From the human T2T-CHM13v2.0 reference genome, Homo sapiens, in NCBI RefSeq assembly GCF_009914755.1, contig NC_060931.1: 64,000 bases of DNA; one strand, written 5' to 3'. The notes under the pieces were generated by a model. It worked only from the letters and a program-made list of their open reading frames with translations, was not told the DNA's origin and made no database searches. Shown piece after piece: positions 62,501 through 64,000 of this stretch. Both the position numbers and the translations under genes were made by a program. The first letter of the stretch is position 1. Each line of letters starts with the position of its first letter.

Positions 62501-64000
62501 CATATGGAGAGCTTTGAGTCCCATGGTGGAAAATGAAATATCTTCAAGTAAAAACTAGATAGAAGCATTCTGAGCAACTTCTTTGTGATGTGTGCATTCA
62601 TCTCCCAGCATTGAACATTTCTTTTGATTGACCAGTTTTGAAATACGTTTTTGGTAGAATCTGCAAGTGAACATTTCGAGTGTCTTGAGGCCTATGGTGG
62701 AAAAGGAAATATCTTTACATAGAAACTAGACAGAAGGATTCTGAGAAACTACTTTGTGATGTGTGCATTCATCTTCTAAGTTTGAAGCTTTCTTTTGATT
62801 TAGAAGTTTGGAAACACTCTTTTTGTAGAATCAGCAAGAGAATATTTGGAGTGCTTTGGGGCCTATGGTAGAAAAGGAAATATCTTCACATAAAATCTAG
62901 ACAGAAACAATCTGAGAAACTTCTTTGTGATGTATGAATTCATCTCACTGAGTTATAATTTTCTTTCTATTGAGCAGTTTTGAAACTCTCTTTTTGTAGA
63001 ACCTGCAAGTAGACATTTGTAGCGCTTTGAGGGCTATCGTGGAAAAGGAAATATCTTCACATAAAAACTAGTCAGAAGAATTCTGAGAAACTTTTTTGTG
63101 ATGTGTGCGTTCATCTCACAGAGTTGAAACTTTCTTTTGATTGAGGAGTTTTGAAACACTCTTTTTGTAGACTCTGCAAGTGGACATTTAGAGCTCTTTT
63201 CGGCCTATCGTAGAAAAGGAAATATCTTCATGTAAAATTTAGACAGAAGCAACCTGAGAAACTTCTTTGTGATGTGTGCATTTGTCTCACAGAGGTAAGC
63301 CTTTCTTTTGATTGAGCAGTTTTGAAACTCTCTTTTTGTAGAATCTGCAAATGGACATTTGGAGGGCTTTGAGGTCTATGGTGGAAAAGGAAATATCTTC
63401 ATATAAAAACTAGTCAGAAGAATTCTGAGAAACTTTTTTGTGATGTGTGCGTTCATCTCACAGAGTTGAATCTTTCTTTATACTGAGCAGTTTGGAAACA
63501 CTCGTTTTGTAGAATCTGCAAGTGGATATTTGGAGCGCTTTGCGGACTATGGTAGAAAAGGAAATATCTTCACATAAAATCTAGACAGAAGCAATCTGAG
63601 AAACCTCTGTGTGATATGTGCATTCATCTAACTTAGTTAAACCTTTCTTTTCATTGAGCCATTTTGAAACTCTCTTTTTGTAGGATCTGCAAGTGGACAT
63701 TTGGAGCATTTTGAGGCCTATGGTGGAAAAGGAAATATCTTCACATTAAAACTAGACAGCAGCATTCTCAGAAACTCCTTTGTGATGTGTGCATTCAACT
63801 CAGAGAGTTGAAACTTTCTTTTGATTAAGCATTTTGGCAACAAACTTTTTGAAGTATCTGCAAATAGATATTTGGAGCCTTTTGACTCCTATAACTGAAA
63901 AGGAAATATCTTCACACAAAAACTAGACAGAAGCATTCTGAGAAACTTGTTTGTGAAGTGTGCATTCATCTCACACAGTTGAATCATATTTTTGATTGAG
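50501..64000. repeat. Alpha satellite, layer 3 (no CENP-B boxes, partly dimeric; continues past window end)
   Basis: cattcatctcacag, gtttggaaacac and gtggacattt are common. aaatctagacagaagcaatctgag monomers alternate with aaaactagacagaagaattctgag monomers, plus blocks of cctatagctgaaa monomers. Confidence 0.88.

Noticed and set aside
41871-64000. Active homogeneous centromeric HOR array or a strand switch in the satellite
   Set aside because: Monomers are heavily diverged with sporadic deletions (e.g. ~42718, ~60060, ~60806), there is no sustained near-identical period, and orientation is constant.

Overview
Primate (human/great-ape-like) pericentromeric transition region with no credible protein-coding gene, RNA gene or CRISPR array. 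It has three blocks. (1) 1-~7587: diverged Human Satellite 2 (GAATG-strand). (2) ~7588-25907: an ~18 kb non-satellite spacer made mostly of old interspersed repeats (L1M fragments, MaLR/ERVL/ERV1 LTRs, MER20, Alus, a 650 bp pyrimidine tract) plus a young 5'-inverted L1PA nested in an AluJ. (3) ~25908-64000: monomeric/divergent alpha satellite (~171 bp), all in one orientation, in at least three sequence layers: an SF5-like layer with five perfect CENP-B boxes, an SF4-like layer, and a partly dimeric layer without CENP-B boxes. Three further L1PA insertions interrupt it. The ORFs in the track are satellite, low-complexity or chance translations, or broken L1 ORF2 pieces. I found no new gene system. 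The best observations are structural: an inverted L1 lying exactly on a boundary between alpha-satellite layers, three twin-primed L1s with readable junction microhomologies, a relic 8-monomer higher-order repeat carrying CENP-B boxes every 4 monomers, and several fossil multimer duplications. All repeat subfamily names are from recalled consensus sequences, not from a database search.
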